Of a stretch of DNA of 64,000 nt, positions 8,774 to 19,260 are shown in pieces. Position 1 is the stretch's first letter; each line of letters opens with the position of its first letter. The translations under genes and the position numbers were made by a program. This DNA is from Alphaproteobacteria bacterium (GTDB taxonomy: Bacteria; Planctomycetota; Phycisphaerae; UBA1845): NCBI GenBank assembly GCA_028285105.1, contig JANQQE010000007.1, forward strand, positions 3,408-67,407, given 5' to 3'. Below the pieces are notes generated by a model. The model was not told where the DNA came from and made no database searches. It saw only the letters and a program-made list of their open reading frames with translations.

Positions 8774-10054
8774 ATGAACTTGAACGAACTCAAACCCATC
8801 TTTCTGCTTTGCTTCGTTGCATCGATCGTGCCAATGCACGCCTTCGGTCAGGATATCGCCAGCGCACCGCGGGTTCGTACGGCGCAGTTTGACGTTACCT
8901 ATTCGGTCAGCGACGGTGCCGCCCCCTTGGAAAGGGTCGAGCTTTGGCATCGACTGAATGGGGAGGAACTTTGGAAGTTCTTTGGACTCGACAATGATTT
9001 GATCTCACCCGTTGAGTTCGTCGCCAAGCAAGAGGGATTACACGAACTTTTCTTCGTTATCACAAATAGTGCCGGGGCGTCCGGACCTGCCCCCGATTCT
9101 GACACGCTTCCGCATTTCAGCGTGTTCGTCGATTACACCGAACCGATCCTTCAACTTCAACTCGCACGTGTGTTCATGCATGCCAGCGGCGAACCTGTTG
9201 TTCGTCTGGAGTGGTCGGCAATCGATTCTCACTTGAATGCCCGGCCGATTCAGATTGCGTACCGCAACGTCGGCGAGTCCGATTGGCGAATTGCAAAAGC
9301 GCAACTTCCAAACATCGGCTTATACGAATGGACGGTCCCTGATGATGTATCGGGCAACCTTGAATTTCGAGTGGCTGTAACGGATCAGGGCGGTAACATG
9401 TCTGCCGTTATCTCCAACATTGTCCCGGTCAAGATGTCGCCGAGTCCGGCTGGACAATCGCTGCCCACGTCGGACAAGGCATTCGATCGAACCATTCACT
9501 CAATCGAAGTACCAGGGCAAAACCTATCCGCATCGCAGCAACACCGCCTTAACCAATTGATCAAGCGCGGCAAGTCGCTCCGCATGGAGCGCGACAACGA
9601 ACGCGCCGTTGCGCTGTATCAACAAGCCCTCGACATCGCACCCCAACATGCCGACGCACTTGTGAATTTAGGCCAGTCGCTCTACGCGCTGGGACGCTAT
9701 CGCGAGTCGGCGAAAGCATTTCAATCGGCGCTGGCGAATGCCCCGAAGCATCCGGATGCGCTACTCGGTTTGGCTGAAACGCTGATCAACGATCGGCAGT
9801 TCGATGAGGCTGAATCCAGGCTACTTGATTTGGTAGCGTCTGGTCGTCACGATGCAACGACTTGGTTGCGGTTGGGCGACATCGCTGCGTACAAGGGTCA
9901 GTCCTTTGCAGCCCATGATTTTTATACGAAAGTCTTGACGTCACCGTCGACGCAGCAGCTGTCTTTCGATCCGATTGCGCTTGCAAAGAATCGCTTGGCA
10001 GAATTGGCTCGCAAGGATGAACCCAAATCCGAAGTGGTGACCAGAACCGAATAG
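8774..10054 (+). CDS. Secreted protein: two Ig/FN3-like domains plus C-terminal TPR repeats
   Basis: Signal peptide MNLNELKPIFLLCFVASIVPMHAFG. The beta-rich repeats contain YEWTVPDD. TPR-like helices follow (AVALYQQALDIAPQHADALVNLGQSLYALGRYRESAKAFQSAL). Confidence 0.7.
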   Translation: MNLNELKPIFLLCFVASIVPMHAFGQDIASAPRVRTAQFDVTYSVSDGAAPLERVELWHRLNGEELWKFFGLDNDLISPVEFVAKQEGLHELFFVITNSAGASGPAPDSDTLPHFSVFVDYTEPILQLQLARVFMHASGEPVVRLEWSAIDSHLNARPIQIAYRNVGESDWRIAKAQLPNIGLYEWTVPDDVSGNLEFRVAVTDQGGNMSAVISNIVPVKMSPSPAGQSLPTSDKAFDRTIHSIEVPGQNLSASQQHRLNQLIKRGKSLRMERDNERAVALYQQALDIAPQHADALVNLGQSLYALGRYRESAKAFQSALANAPKHPDALLGLAETLINDRQFDEAESRLLDLVASGRHDATTWLRLGDIAAYKGQSFAAHDFYTKVLTSPSTQQLSFDPIALAKNRLAELARKDEPKSEVVTRTE

Positions 10055-10061
10055 GTGAGCT

Positions 10062-11027
10062 GTGAAGTCAAACGCAATTGAAAACAAGCAAGTTTATGCC
10101 GTCGTGGGCCAGGATGCGTTTCGCAAACGGCAAACGCTGGAAGCGATCTGCGAGCATTGGGCCAAAGGCGGCGGGATAGACGAGCCACCGACGCGCTACG
10201 ATGGCAGCAAAATTGAACTGGCGATCGTACTCGACGACGTGCGAACGTACTCATTGCTGGGCGGTGCGCGTCTGGTCATCGTTGAAGATGCCGATACCTT
10301 CATCACCCGCAACCGAGCCAATCTCGAGAAGTATTGCACCCAACCGGTCGATTCGGGCGTGCTGATTTTCAATTGCAACAGCATGCCAGCCAACACGCGA
10401 CTTTACAAAACGATCGCCAAGATCGGGCAAGTGATCAAATGCGATCCGCTCAAGGGACAAGCGCTTCAGGCCTGGATGACGCAGCATTCGCGCGAGGCGT
10501 ATGGCAAGCAACTCGATCGCCAAGCCGCCTGGCGACTGGCTGACCTCGTCGGTAAATCGCTTGCTGCACTCGACGCTGAATTAAGCAAGCTTTCGATTTT
10601 CGTTGGATCGCGACCTGCAATCACTCCGAAGGATGTGGAGGAGTTGGTTGGTCGGGTGCGCGAGGAAGACATCTTCGGAATCACCGATGCGATGGCTTCG
10701 GGAGATACTGCTGCGGCTCTTACGAAATGGGAAAAAGTTTTGGCGACGGACCGAGCCGGTCCTGCCCGAGCGGTTGGCGGATTGGCCTGGGGGTTTCGCA
10801 AGCTGTTGGACTTGAAGTTACAGAGCGAATCCGGTGTGCCTTACGGTTCGCTTGCACGACAAGCATTTACAACGCCGGATATCTTGCAGAAGCGACTGGC
10901 CCGACACAACGTCGCGGACCTACAAGACAAACTGACCGCGCTCTTAAAAGCCGACGTCGCATCGAAGAACGGATTGTCTACCGCGTCGTCGGCGATTCAG
11001 CAGTTCATCGTAGCTCAAAGCGCGTAA
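10062..11027 (+). CDS. holA: DNA polymerase III delta subunit
   Basis: 321 aa. The sequence YAVVGQDAFRKRQTLEAI...GGARLVIVEDADTF...LEKYCTQP...LIFNCNS...QAWMTQHSRE shows the typical HolA N-terminal AAA-like layout. Confidence 0.8.
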   Translation: MKSNAIENKQVYAVVGQDAFRKRQTLEAICEHWAKGGGIDEPPTRYDGSKIELAIVLDDVRTYSLLGGARLVIVEDADTFITRNRANLEKYCTQPVDSGVLIFNCNSMPANTRLYKTIAKIGQVIKCDPLKGQALQAWMTQHSREAYGKQLDRQAAWRLADLVGKSLAALDAELSKLSIFVGSRPAITPKDVEELVGRVREEDIFGITDAMASGDTAAALTKWEKVLATDRAGPARAVGGLAWGFRKLLDLKLQSESGVPYGSLARQAFTTPDILQKRLARHNVADLQDKLTALLKADVASKNGLSTASSAIQQFIVAQSA

Positions 11028-11051
11028 CTTAGTTTCGAACGAAGAAGCAAA

Positions 11052-12443
11052 ATGAATCGAAACCGTATGCAAATGTCATTGAGAAGATGGCGCCTGGGCA
11101 GGGCGATGGTCGTGGGCCTGACGATGCTCGGTTCCTCAAGTATGGGATGCGCGAATTCGCAAAGTGGCGGCTGGTCTTGGGGGCTTGGCAAGGCGAAAGC
11201 TGCCCGCGAACCGGATCCGTATCACTACGCATACGGCGAAAATCGCGGGAATTCAGCCTATTCGCCAAGCAACGAAGACCCGGCAGCATATCGCCCGGTT
11301 GATGCGAAAATCGACAAAGGCGATTCTTCCAATCCACCTTCAGACGGTTCCGACCCAGCCGTCAACGAGTTCGTTACACGCCTCGAAACCGCGTCAAACT
11401 CCAATGACCCGCAAGATGAAAGCGCATCCAAGACAGACAAGAAAGGCAACCCGCGCGAAGGCATCCCCTGGCAAAGCAATAACGTCGCAAAAGCGCGCTC
11501 TCTTGATCGTGAAACCGACGACGAGAAGGCCATCGCGTTTCAACCGAAACCCAACGAACAGGCGATTCCCTACGAAGCTTCGCCGCCCAGTCAGCCAGGA
11601 GTGAAGCGCGCTCCGGCAGTCAGATCGGTGGGGGTCAACGGGACGAGCGCGTATTCGCAATCGACTCAAACGAACCGGAATCGACAACCGATTGCGCGCA
11701 CCGCATCGTCAAACGTTCGCGCACAACAGGGGATGGCGCTCGACGATCTTGCCAGTTCGCGCGACCTTCAGGAACTCATCGATGCCGCCAAGATTGCATT
11801 GGTCAACGATCCCGCGAATCCGCGAAAGCAGTTGCGCTTGAGTCTGTTGCAACTGGCCAACGATCAACCGAAGGCAGCCGCCCAGTTGTCTCCGGCGCTG
11901 GGCCATCGTCAGCGCGAATTGATTTCGCAATTCGTCACTTCGATCGGCAAAGTCGATCAGCGTTTTTCGGATCCGCTGCTTGATACCGATGCAGTGCTGG
12001 CGTCCATAGACGATTTGCGCGATTCGATTCGTGATACGGCTGAGCTTACCATTCCGTCTGTCGCACTTTGTTCGCGCGTGCAGACGTTTGGCATTTACGA
12101 CGAGATTTCTTCCGGCCACCTTCGTGCACGCCAGGTCAATCGTGTGATCGTGTATTGCGAAGTGGATCACTTCAAATCGCGGCACGACGATTCGAGCAAT
12201 CAGTTTCGCACCGAGCTAGGTTCGCATCTGGAATTGTTCACGGCAGATGGTCGATCGGTCTGGTCGCAAACGGAGGATCGAATCGTCGACCTGTCGCGCC
12301 AACAGCGCGAAGATTTTTTTCTCGCCCAACTGGTATCCTTTCCAGCCAGTCTTTCTGCCGGCGAATATGTGCTGAAGGTTTCCATCACCGATTTGCAGGC
12401 ACAAAAAACCACCGAAGCCGTTCATCGATTCGAAATTCAATAG
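11052..12443 (+). CDS. Hypothetical lipoprotein with a low-complexity N-terminal half
   Basis: Lipobox LGSSSMGC. There is a long Pro/Ser/Asn-rich linker, then a structured C-terminal domain. No family recognised. Confidence 0.65.
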   Translation: MNRNRMQMSLRRWRLGRAMVVGLTMLGSSSMGCANSQSGGWSWGLGKAKAAREPDPYHYAYGENRGNSAYSPSNEDPAAYRPVDAKIDKGDSSNPPSDGSDPAVNEFVTRLETASNSNDPQDESASKTDKKGNPREGIPWQSNNVAKARSLDRETDDEKAIAFQPKPNEQAIPYEASPPSQPGVKRAPAVRSVGVNGTSAYSQSTQTNRNRQPIARTASSNVRAQQGMALDDLASSRDLQELIDAAKIALVNDPANPRKQLRLSLLQLANDQPKAAAQLSPALGHRQRELISQFVTSIGKVDQRFSDPLLDTDAVLASIDDLRDSIRDTAELTIPSVALCSRVQTFGIYDEISSGHLRARQVNRVIVYCEVDHFKSRHDDSSNQFRTELGSHLELFTADGRSVWSQTEDRIVDLSRQQREDFFLAQLVSFPASLSAGEYVLKVSITDLQAQKTTEAVHRFEIQ

Positions 12444-12715
12444 GCACTCTTCTCGAATCCTTCCCCTTCTGGTTTTTTCCTTCCGCTTCTTTTTGAAGTT
12501 CATTGCAAAACCCGTTGACGAACTGCGCACGGGTGAACACAATATTGTCGTCGGGATGGGAAGTCGTCGAACGCTCGGATGCATCGACGCGCCATCGCGA
12601 CGGGCGGTTTGGCGCTGAATTCATTTGTATCATCGCAATCATCATTATTCGTCAGCGCAAATTGTTGGTCACCGCCCCGGAATATCGCCGCAAGAAATAA
12701 CTGGGAGAACCAACC

Positions 12716-13156
12716 ATGGACAGCAAGCAGATGACCCAACGGAGTGAGGCATCGCGATGCGAAACAAAACGATTCTTTACACCGGAACAAGCGAACAGTG
12801 CGCTTCCGCTGGTGCAGCGAATCGTTACAGACATCGTTGCGCAATACCAGCAACTTGAGCACTTGCAAAAACGTCGCCAGAAGCTTTCGAGTCAGGAACG
12901 TGCAGACGACATCAGCGCATTGGATTCGCTCGCAGCACAAGGCGCCAAACGACTCAACGATTTAATCGACGAAATCAAACTCATTGGTTGCGAATTGAAA
13001 GACTGGACGCTTGGGCTGGTGGACTTCCCCGCGATCCTCGACGGTCGCGAAGTTTACTTGTGCTGGAAACTCGGCGAGAAGCAAATCAGCCATTGGCACG
13101 AGACCCATGCCGGCATGATTGGACGTCAGCCGATTGGCGACGACTTTGGCAGTTGA
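12716..13156 (+). CDS. DUF2203 family protein
   Basis: RFFTPEQANSALPLVQRIVTDI plus GCELKDWTLGLVDFPAILDGREVYLCWKLGEKQISHWHETHAGMIGRQPI matches my memory of the DUF2203 consensus. A GGAG sits 8 nt upstream of the ATG. Confidence 0.7.
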   Translation: MDSKQMTQRSEASRCETKRFFTPEQANSALPLVQRIVTDIVAQYQQLEHLQKRRQKLSSQERADDISALDSLAAQGAKRLNDLIDEIKLIGCELKDWTLGLVDFPAILDGREVYLCWKLGEKQISHWHETHAGMIGRQPIGDDFGS

Positions 13157-13242
13157 AATTTGTTTCAATTTTGATTGAACGGTCAATTTGCCGAGATTGG
13201 CTGGACCGATGTGCATGAGTACTTCTTTGGGAGGCGATTCGA

Positions 13243-13683
13243 TTGACCGCTGAACACGCACTCATTTCAGGATTGATCATCTCGTGCATTCTGCTGCCCG
13301 TACCGTTTGTCATCGCGCTTCTACTGAAAAAGGAACCAGGGGAGCGCGAGTCTTACATGCCGACGCTCGTGGGTATCGCGCTGGTGGCAGTCGGAATTTA
13401 TTGCTGCATTGCATTGGGTTGGGGGCTTCGCGGAACTGGTGGCAAGAGCGCTAACCTCGAACTCGCCCCATTTATATTCAAACGATTCCTGTTCTTCGGT
13501 GGCGCGATCGTCTGCCTGTTAATCGCTGGTGTTGGCGGGCTGCTGGTTGCCGGCCGCCGCGATGTCATTGAATCGGCGACCGGGCTTCAGTGGAACGGGT
13601 TTCTTGCCGGATTGCTCGCAGCGCAGGCCGTCGTTTTCTTCCAGCAGTGCAACATGCAAGGCGTTTTTCAGCAATACATTTAG
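13243..13683 (+). CDS. Small integral membrane protein (4 predicted helices)
   Basis: 146-aa ORF made of four hydrophobic stretches. Non-ATG start. No family recognised. Confidence 0.5.
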   Translation: MTAEHALISGLIISCILLPVPFVIALLLKKEPGERESYMPTLVGIALVAVGIYCCIALGWGLRGTGGKSANLELAPFIFKRFLFFGGAIVCLLIAGVGGLLVAGRRDVIESATGLQWNGFLAGLLAAQAVVFFQQCNMQGVFQQYI

Positions 13684-13690
13684 CCGCCAG

Positions 13691-14833
13691 TCAGATCGCG
13701 GCCAGCGCTTTATCGAGATCTTCCTTCAAATCGTCCACATCCTCGATCCCCACGCTCAACCGAACCAGATTGTCGGTGATCCCCTGAGCGTCGCGCACAT
13801 TTTTCGGAATCGATGCATGGGTCATGCGGGCAGGATGGTTGATTAAAGACTCCACACCGCCCAGCGACTCCGCCAGGCTGAACAGCTTTGTCGATTTGCA
13901 AAACCGACTCGTCGCATCGAACCCGCCGTCCAGCAACAGCGAAACAATCCCACCGCCACCGCACATCTGCTTCTCGGCAAGGGCGCGGTCGGGATGGTCG
14001 GGCAGCGTCGGGTACAGCACGCTTGCGATCCCTTTGCGCCCCGACAAATATTCGGCAATTGCCCGAGCGTTGGCGCAGTGAGCGCGCATTCGAAGGGGTA
14101 ATGTCTTGATGCCGCGCTGCGTCATGTAGCAGTCCATCGGGCCGGGACATCCGCCAGCCGATTTAAGATAGAACAAAATCGGTTCGATCAAAGACGCATC
14201 CTTAACAACAACCGCCCCGCCAATCACATCCGAATGACCTGCAATGTATTTTGTTGTGCTGTGAACGATGTAGTCTGCCCCAAGCGATAAGGGTTGCTGA
14301 AGCGCCGGCGTTGCAAACGTATTGTCCACCGCGACCGCGATACCGCGCGACTTTGCAAGCTGCGAGACGGCTTCGATGTCGATGAGTCGAAGGAGCGGGT
14401 TCGTCGGTGTTTCCAGCCAGATCAGTTTGGTTGTCGAATCGATTAGTTGTTCGAAATCAGCAACACCTGTCCCTTGTGCATACTTTGTATTGATGCCATT
14501 GGGGCGCGAAATGTTTTCAAAGATTCGGTACGTTCCACCGTAAAGGTCTGCATAGGCGACGATCGAATCGCCCGGCCGCAACGTCGAGAGGACGGCCATC
14601 GTTGCAGCGCAACCGGACGAAAACGATGACGCAGCGCTTGCGTTTTCAAGGGTTGTTAAACATGCCTCCAACGCAATGCGCGTCGGATTGGCCGACCGCG
14701 AATAGACGAAACCCTTTCCCTCGCCCGGTGCGTCGAGCGTGTAGGTCGTCGTGAAATGGACCGGTGGAATGGTGGCACCGGTGATCGGGTCTGGGTCCTG
14801 GCCCACATGAATGCAAGCGGTGGCAAACTTCAT
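13691..14833 (-). CDS. Cys/Met-metabolism PLP-dependent enzyme (cystathionine gamma-synthase/gamma-lyase family)
   Basis: The sequence reads MKFATACIHVGQDPDPITGATIPPV...YSRSANPTR...HSTTKYIAGHSDVIGG (PLP lysine)...SLGGVESLINHPARMTHASIP. Confidence 0.9.
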   Translation of the reverse strand: MKFATACIHVGQDPDPITGATIPPVHFTTTYTLDAPGEGKGFVYSRSANPTRIALEACLTTLENASAASSFSSGCAATMAVLSTLRPGDSIVAYADLYGGTYRIFENISRPNGINTKYAQGTGVADFEQLIDSTTKLIWLETPTNPLLRLIDIEAVSQLAKSRGIAVAVDNTFATPALQQPLSLGADYIVHSTTKYIAGHSDVIGGAVVVKDASLIEPILFYLKSAGGCPGPMDCYMTQRGIKTLPLRMRAHCANARAIAEYLSGRKGIASVLYPTLPDHPDRALAEKQMCGGGGIVSLLLDGGFDATSRFCKSTKLFSLAESLGGVESLINHPARMTHASIPKNVRDAQGITDNLVRLSVGIEDVDDLKEDLDKALAAI

Positions 14834-15049
14834 TTATATCTCCTGATTGATTCCCTGACTTCACGTGCAAAAGTCGGGCATGTTGCAGTTCGTACGACGT
14901 CAGTATGGGTCGAAACCGCAACCCACAAGCGCGACAGCATAACAATCAATTGGGTTCATGGTAACCCCGCATTGGCGTCTGGATCGTCGTTCGAATCTTC
15001 GCAAGACTTGGAGCAGCATGGCGTGCGAAGCTCTGCTACAATTCCGGCC

Positions 15050-17572
15050 ATGCCTGAACCAAGTCAGCCGCCATTTGCTGATTACCGTCGGCCGAACGGG
15101 GACCGCCGGCTCGCGCTTGTCGACGCGATCTTGACGTTCGCACCGTTGGCTGCCATTGCGTTGGTCATCCGCGTTTTGATCGCCCCGATGGTTGGGCATC
15201 CGGTGGACATCAACACGTTTGTGACGTGGGGACGATCGCTGGCCGAAATTGGACTTGGCGGATTTTACAACGCGCATCCCAATTGCGATTACTTGCCGGG
15301 ATACCTGTACATCCTCTGGGTATGCGGAAAAATCGCATCGGGTTTGCCACCGACGTTTACCCTGCTGATCTTCAAACTTCCCAACCTGATCGCCGACGTC
15401 GGCATCGCGTGGCTTATCTGGCGACAAGCGGGTCCGACGCATTCGCAATCGCGACTGTTCTGGCCGGCGCTCTATCTCTTCAACCCGGTCGTTATTTTCA
15501 ACTCGGCATACTGGGGTCAAGCGGACAGTTTTCATGCGTTCGTTGTGCTGGCTGGGTTGGTCTTTTGCTGGCATCGACGATTTGTCATCGCTGCGGTCGT
15601 ATTGGGTTTCGCTTGCACGGTAAAACCGCACAGCATCGTCATCGTTCCGTTGGTTATCACGTTTGCATTTATGAACCGCGTGAACATGCTCAAGTTACTC
15701 GCGTGCCTTGTGTTTGGCGTCGGTACGTTTCTGGCTGCGTTCGTGGCATTTGCCGGCGATACAGATGCGTGGACGCTTGCGCTCGAGCGGGTTCGCACCA
15801 CGATGGAGTTGTATCCATTCGCGACAGTCAATGCGCTGAATCTCTGGTATGCGTCGGGCAAAAATTGGGTTGACGACTCGACGCTGCTTTTGGGCCTCGT
15901 CAGTATCCGGGCTGTTTCGATCACGTTGGTCGTTGGCGGATTCGTATTCCTGATCGGTCACCTGACTCGCGGCGGAGACGAACGAAAACATGACTATTGG
16001 CGCGTTGCCGCTGGCTTGTTTCTGCTGACGTATTTCTGCTCGTCGCGCGTGCATGAACGGCATGTCTTCCCGGCATTTGTGATGCTGCTTTGCGCAGTAC
16101 CTAGTTGGCGAAGTGCGGCGTATTACCATGCAATTGGTTCGGTGCTTTGTTTTATGAACATGGTTATGGCGTGGGGATACATCTATTCCGTGCCCAGAAG
16201 CACTCAACTAGGTCCGGTTGCGCTTACGGTTGGCGTATGCGTTTCTTACGGCGCTTTGGTGTTGGCCGTACTGTTTCGATTGAACATTTGCCTGCCGTCC
16301 TGGGATCAATTCTTCAAGCGTGCTTACGATTCAACTTTGGTGTTGGCTCGCCGAGTTGGTGCATACAACGGTTATTGGTTGGTTCTCATTCTGGCGTTTG
16401 CCGGTGGGCTTCGCTTTGCACGTCTTGGCCAACCGGAGGAGCGAGTATTCGACGAAGTCTATCACGCCTACACCGCCGAGCAGTGGGCCAAAGGGAAGAC
16501 CGACCCCTGGCGATGGGACACAACCGCGCCGGACAAGGACTGCTCTTACGAATGGACCCATCCGCCACTCGCCAAGCTGATCATGACGGCGAGCATCAAG
16601 ATGTTTGGTGCCAATGCGTTTGCCTGGCGATTGCCTTCTGCAATCACGGGCGTTGTCTGCGTCCTGCTTGTTTTTGCCTTGGGTCGCAAGTTGTTCGACA
16701 GCGCGAAGATCGGTTTGCTGGCGGCGATGTTGATGTCGCTCGATGCGTTGCCATTGGTCATGTCGCGCATCGCCATGAACGATGTGTTCTGCGTTGCGTT
16801 TGTGCTGGGCGGCGCGCTGGCGGCGCTGTCTCGGCGACACTTTTCCGGTGCCATATTGGTGGGCTGCGCGATCGCGTGCAAATGGACGGGACTGTTCGCC
16901 ATCCCGCTGCTCATCGTGATCCGATTGCACAACGACCGCGAAACCATTTTCAAAAGACCGAAGCGATGGGTCGTCGAACTCATGGGACAGGGCGTACTGG
17001 TCGTGTTGGTCTACCTCGCCAGCTACGTTCCGTTCTTCCGAGCCGGCAACACCACTTCCGATTTTGCCGAGTTGCAAAGGCAAATGTGGGGTTACCACGT
17101 TGGTGGCGATCTTCATCACGACGGTTCGTCGCGCGCATGGCAATGGCCAATGGGTGAAGGTACGCTGTGGTTCTACGCGGAATCCTACGACATCGACTCG
17201 AATCCTGGAATTGACGAACCGTTTCGGAAGAAGAAAGCCAACATCTACGCGATGGGCAATCTTCTGATCTGGTGGGCAGGATTGGGAGCAGCGGCTTTTT
17301 GCATTCTGCCTGTTGTCCGAAATGCATCCACGCCGCTGACCATCGCACTCATCGGATATTTGATTTTTTGGGTACCATGGATCGTGTCGCCCCGGATCAT
17401 GTTCATCTACCACTACCTCCCAGCGCTGCCTTTTCTATACCTGCTGCTGGCGTGGTCGTTGGTGAAATCGGAAGTGGATGTGCGTTTCAACCGTGCGATA
17501 CTGGGCATGTCAGCCGTCGTCCTTGCGATCGAACTGCCGTTCATTCTGGGCATTCCACTGCCAGTTCTGTGA
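15050..17572 (+). CDS. Very large polytopic GT-C glycosyltransferase; apparent tandem of two GT-C modules (C-terminal one PMT/ArnT-like)
   Basis: ORF 14756..17572 trimmed to ATG 15050 (MPEPSQPPF), which removes overlap with the convergent gene ending at 14833. The N-terminal half has the acidic first loop HPVDINTFVTWG and YLPGYLY. The second half restarts with RVFDEVYHAYTAEQWAKG...EWTHPPLAKL, a PMT/GT39-type DE motif. Confidence 0.8.
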   Translation: MPEPSQPPFADYRRPNGDRRLALVDAILTFAPLAAIALVIRVLIAPMVGHPVDINTFVTWGRSLAEIGLGGFYNAHPNCDYLPGYLYILWVCGKIASGLPPTFTLLIFKLPNLIADVGIAWLIWRQAGPTHSQSRLFWPALYLFNPVVIFNSAYWGQADSFHAFVVLAGLVFCWHRRFVIAAVVLGFACTVKPHSIVIVPLVITFAFMNRVNMLKLLACLVFGVGTFLAAFVAFAGDTDAWTLALERVRTTMELYPFATVNALNLWYASGKNWVDDSTLLLGLVSIRAVSITLVVGGFVFLIGHLTRGGDERKHDYWRVAAGLFLLTYFCSSRVHERHVFPAFVMLLCAVPSWRSAAYYHAIGSVLCFMNMVMAWGYIYSVPRSTQLGPVALTVGVCVSYGALVLAVLFRLNICLPSWDQFFKRAYDSTLVLARRVGAYNGYWLVLILAFAGGLRFARLGQPEERVFDEVYHAYTAEQWAKGKTDPWRWDTTAPDKDCSYEWTHPPLAKLIMTASIKMFGANAFAWRLPSAITGVVCVLLVFALGRKLFDSAKIGLLAAMLMSLDALPLVMSRIAMNDVFCVAFVLGGALAALSRRHFSGAILVGCAIACKWTGLFAIPLLIVIRLHNDRETIFKRPKRWVVELMGQGVLVVLVYLASYVPFFRAGNTTSDFAELQRQMWGYHVGGDLHHDGSSRAWQWPMGEGTLWFYAESYDIDSNPGIDEPFRKKKANIYAMGNLLIWWAGLGAAAFCILPVVRNASTPLTIALIGYLIFWVPWIVSPRIMFIYHYLPALPFLYLLLAWSLVKSEVDVRFNRAILGMSAVVLAIELPFILGIPLPVL

Positions 17573-17766
17573 CAAAAAGCGAACCATCGGCCATGTTGTC
17601 TGCTTGATTGGCGTGAAGATGCGCCTCTGGAGGGCCTGGATTATCTTCGCATTGAAACGTGACGAGACGCTTGTCACCCGTATAATGCGGCAAAGATTGA
17701 AGGAATCCAGTGGCGGTGATTAAACCCACTGGTCTCATGGAAATCCACGTTATGGAGAATTCTGGT

Positions 17767-17943
17767 ATGCAAAAATGTAAGCGAATCAACATGCTTCGCG
17801 TTTCCAAGATGGCCGCGCTGGTCAGCGGTGGTGCGATGGTCTTTCAGACGAACGGCTGCATGATTGACGATGCCCTGGGTGCCAACATCATCACGACGTT
17901 GCTGCAATTTGCCTTGTCGTTATTCCTCGGTGGCGGCATCTAA
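17767..17943 (+). CDS. Possible small lipoprotein (58 aa)
   Basis: The ATG at 17767 is preceded by GGAG at 17754-17757. The protein reads MQKCKRINMLRVSKMAALVSGGAMVFQTNGC..., a signal with a Cys. Support is only the ORF plus an SD-like site. Confidence 0.3.
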   Translation: MQKCKRINMLRVSKMAALVSGGAMVFQTNGCMIDDALGANIITTLLQFALSLFLGGGI

Positions 17944-18051
17944 AAAGCTAACTTATTCACGACAATTATTTGCAAGACGATGGCCCTTGGATGTTGATCA
18001 TTCGAGGGCTTTTCTATGGTGCAAAGTGGACTTGGCGAATTTGAGCGGTAT

Positions 18052-19260
18052 TTAGCGATCGGTCAAATGAAGACTGGGGTCGGATTGCTCGAGTTGCTCG
18101 GCGTCTTCGCTCCGTTGCTGCCGTAGCGAATCAATCTTGTCAATTTGCCGTTGGAGCATTCGCGTGCGGGTGGTCTTGAGATCGCCGTAGGCTTTCATGG
18201 TACTCTCGAGCCTGTTGCCCAACGTTTCGACGACGACGCTGTATTTTTCCCACTGCCTTGCGAACGTTCCCATCAACGCAAGGATTTCGTCACTGGTTTC
18301 CTGAAGGCGAAAGTTGTCTGCCGCTTTTCGTATGACAGCCAATATTGCGAATAGGGTCAATGGCGAGCAAAGCACGATCTTTTTGGTCATTGCGTCGTCG
18401 AGAAGCGCAGGGTCGTTCTCGTGAATGAATCCATAAACTTGCTCGTTGGGAATAAAAACGAGCACGACATCGACGGTCCCTCCGGATGGGTCGATGTATT
18501 CACGCGTGGTCACCTCCGAAACGCGTTTGCGGACGTCCTGCAAGAACGCTTTCTTGAACTGTTCGGCGTCGTTGCCTTCCGATCCCAGGAATCGAACGTA
18601 GTTATTCAGCGGAAACTTCACGTCCATGTTCACGCTTTGACCGGCTGGCAGCATGAACATGAAGTCCGGTTTGGTTCCTGCATCGGTGCGAGTTTGCTTC
18701 TTGTAGTTTACACCTTCGACCATGCCAGCCAGCCTGAGAACATCTTCGGCCATCCTTTCGCCCCACTGCCCACGATGGCTTGGACTGGCAAGCGCTGCCG
18801 TTAGTTGCGCGGTGGTATCCTGCAATCGTAGATTGGCTTTGCCCGTGTTTTCGAGTTCTTTGATGATTCGCCCAAACGATTCTCGCCGCTCTTTTTCGGA
18901 ACCGTGAAGTGCCTGGTTGAGTTCAGAGACTTTCCTAGTCACCGTTTCGAGGCGGGCATCGATGAGTTTTTTCTTCTCTTCCAGGTGCGATGCGCCGGCA
19001 TCAGTTTGATTTTCCAGCCGCGTCTTCGCCAGCTTGAGAAACTCTTCGCTATTGACGGCAAGGGCGTCGCGACTCAATGCGCCAAACGCATCTTTGAGTT
19101 GCGACAGCGTTCGATCGAGTTCATCGGAGCGGCGTGATTCGGTCTCGGCGATCAGATCGCGGGTCAGCGATTCAACCGAACGGCGACGAAAGTACACGAC
19201 CACTCCGACGATCACCGCACCGATCAACAACCCCAACCCAAATGACACGTACTCATTCAT
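18052..19260 (-). CDS. rmuC: DNA recombination protein RmuC
   Basis: ORF 18052..19332 trimmed to ATG 19260 (MNEYVSFGLGLLIGAVIV, the membrane anchor). A long coiled coil follows, then KPDFMFMLPAGQSVNMDVKFPLNNY...VLVFIPNEQVY, the RmuC nuclease-like core. Confidence 0.85.
   Translation of the reverse strand: MNEYVSFGLGLLIGAVIVGVVVYFRRRSVESLTRDLIAETESRRSDELDRTLSQLKDAFGALSRDALAVNSEEFLKLAKTRLENQTDAGASHLEEKKKLIDARLETVTRKVSELNQALHGSEKERRESFGRIIKELENTGKANLRLQDTTAQLTAALASPSHRGQWGERMAEDVLRLAGMVEGVNYKKQTRTDAGTKPDFMFMLPAGQSVNMDVKFPLNNYVRFLGSEGNDAEQFKKAFLQDVRKRVSEVTTREYIDPSGGTVDVVLVFIPNEQVYGFIHENDPALLDDAMTKKIVLCSPLTLFAILAVIRKAADNFRLQETSDEILALMGTFARQWEKYSVVVETLGNRLESTMKAYGDLKTTRTRMLQRQIDKIDSLRQQRSEDAEQLEQSDPSLHLTDR

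Noticed and set aside
16105-17413. Long alternative-frame ORFs (16105-17157 plus, 16331-17413 minus)
   Set aside because: They lie inside the GT-C gene. Their translations are Arg/Gly/His-rich low-complexity typical of off-frame GC-rich sequence, while the annotated frame gives regular TM helices.
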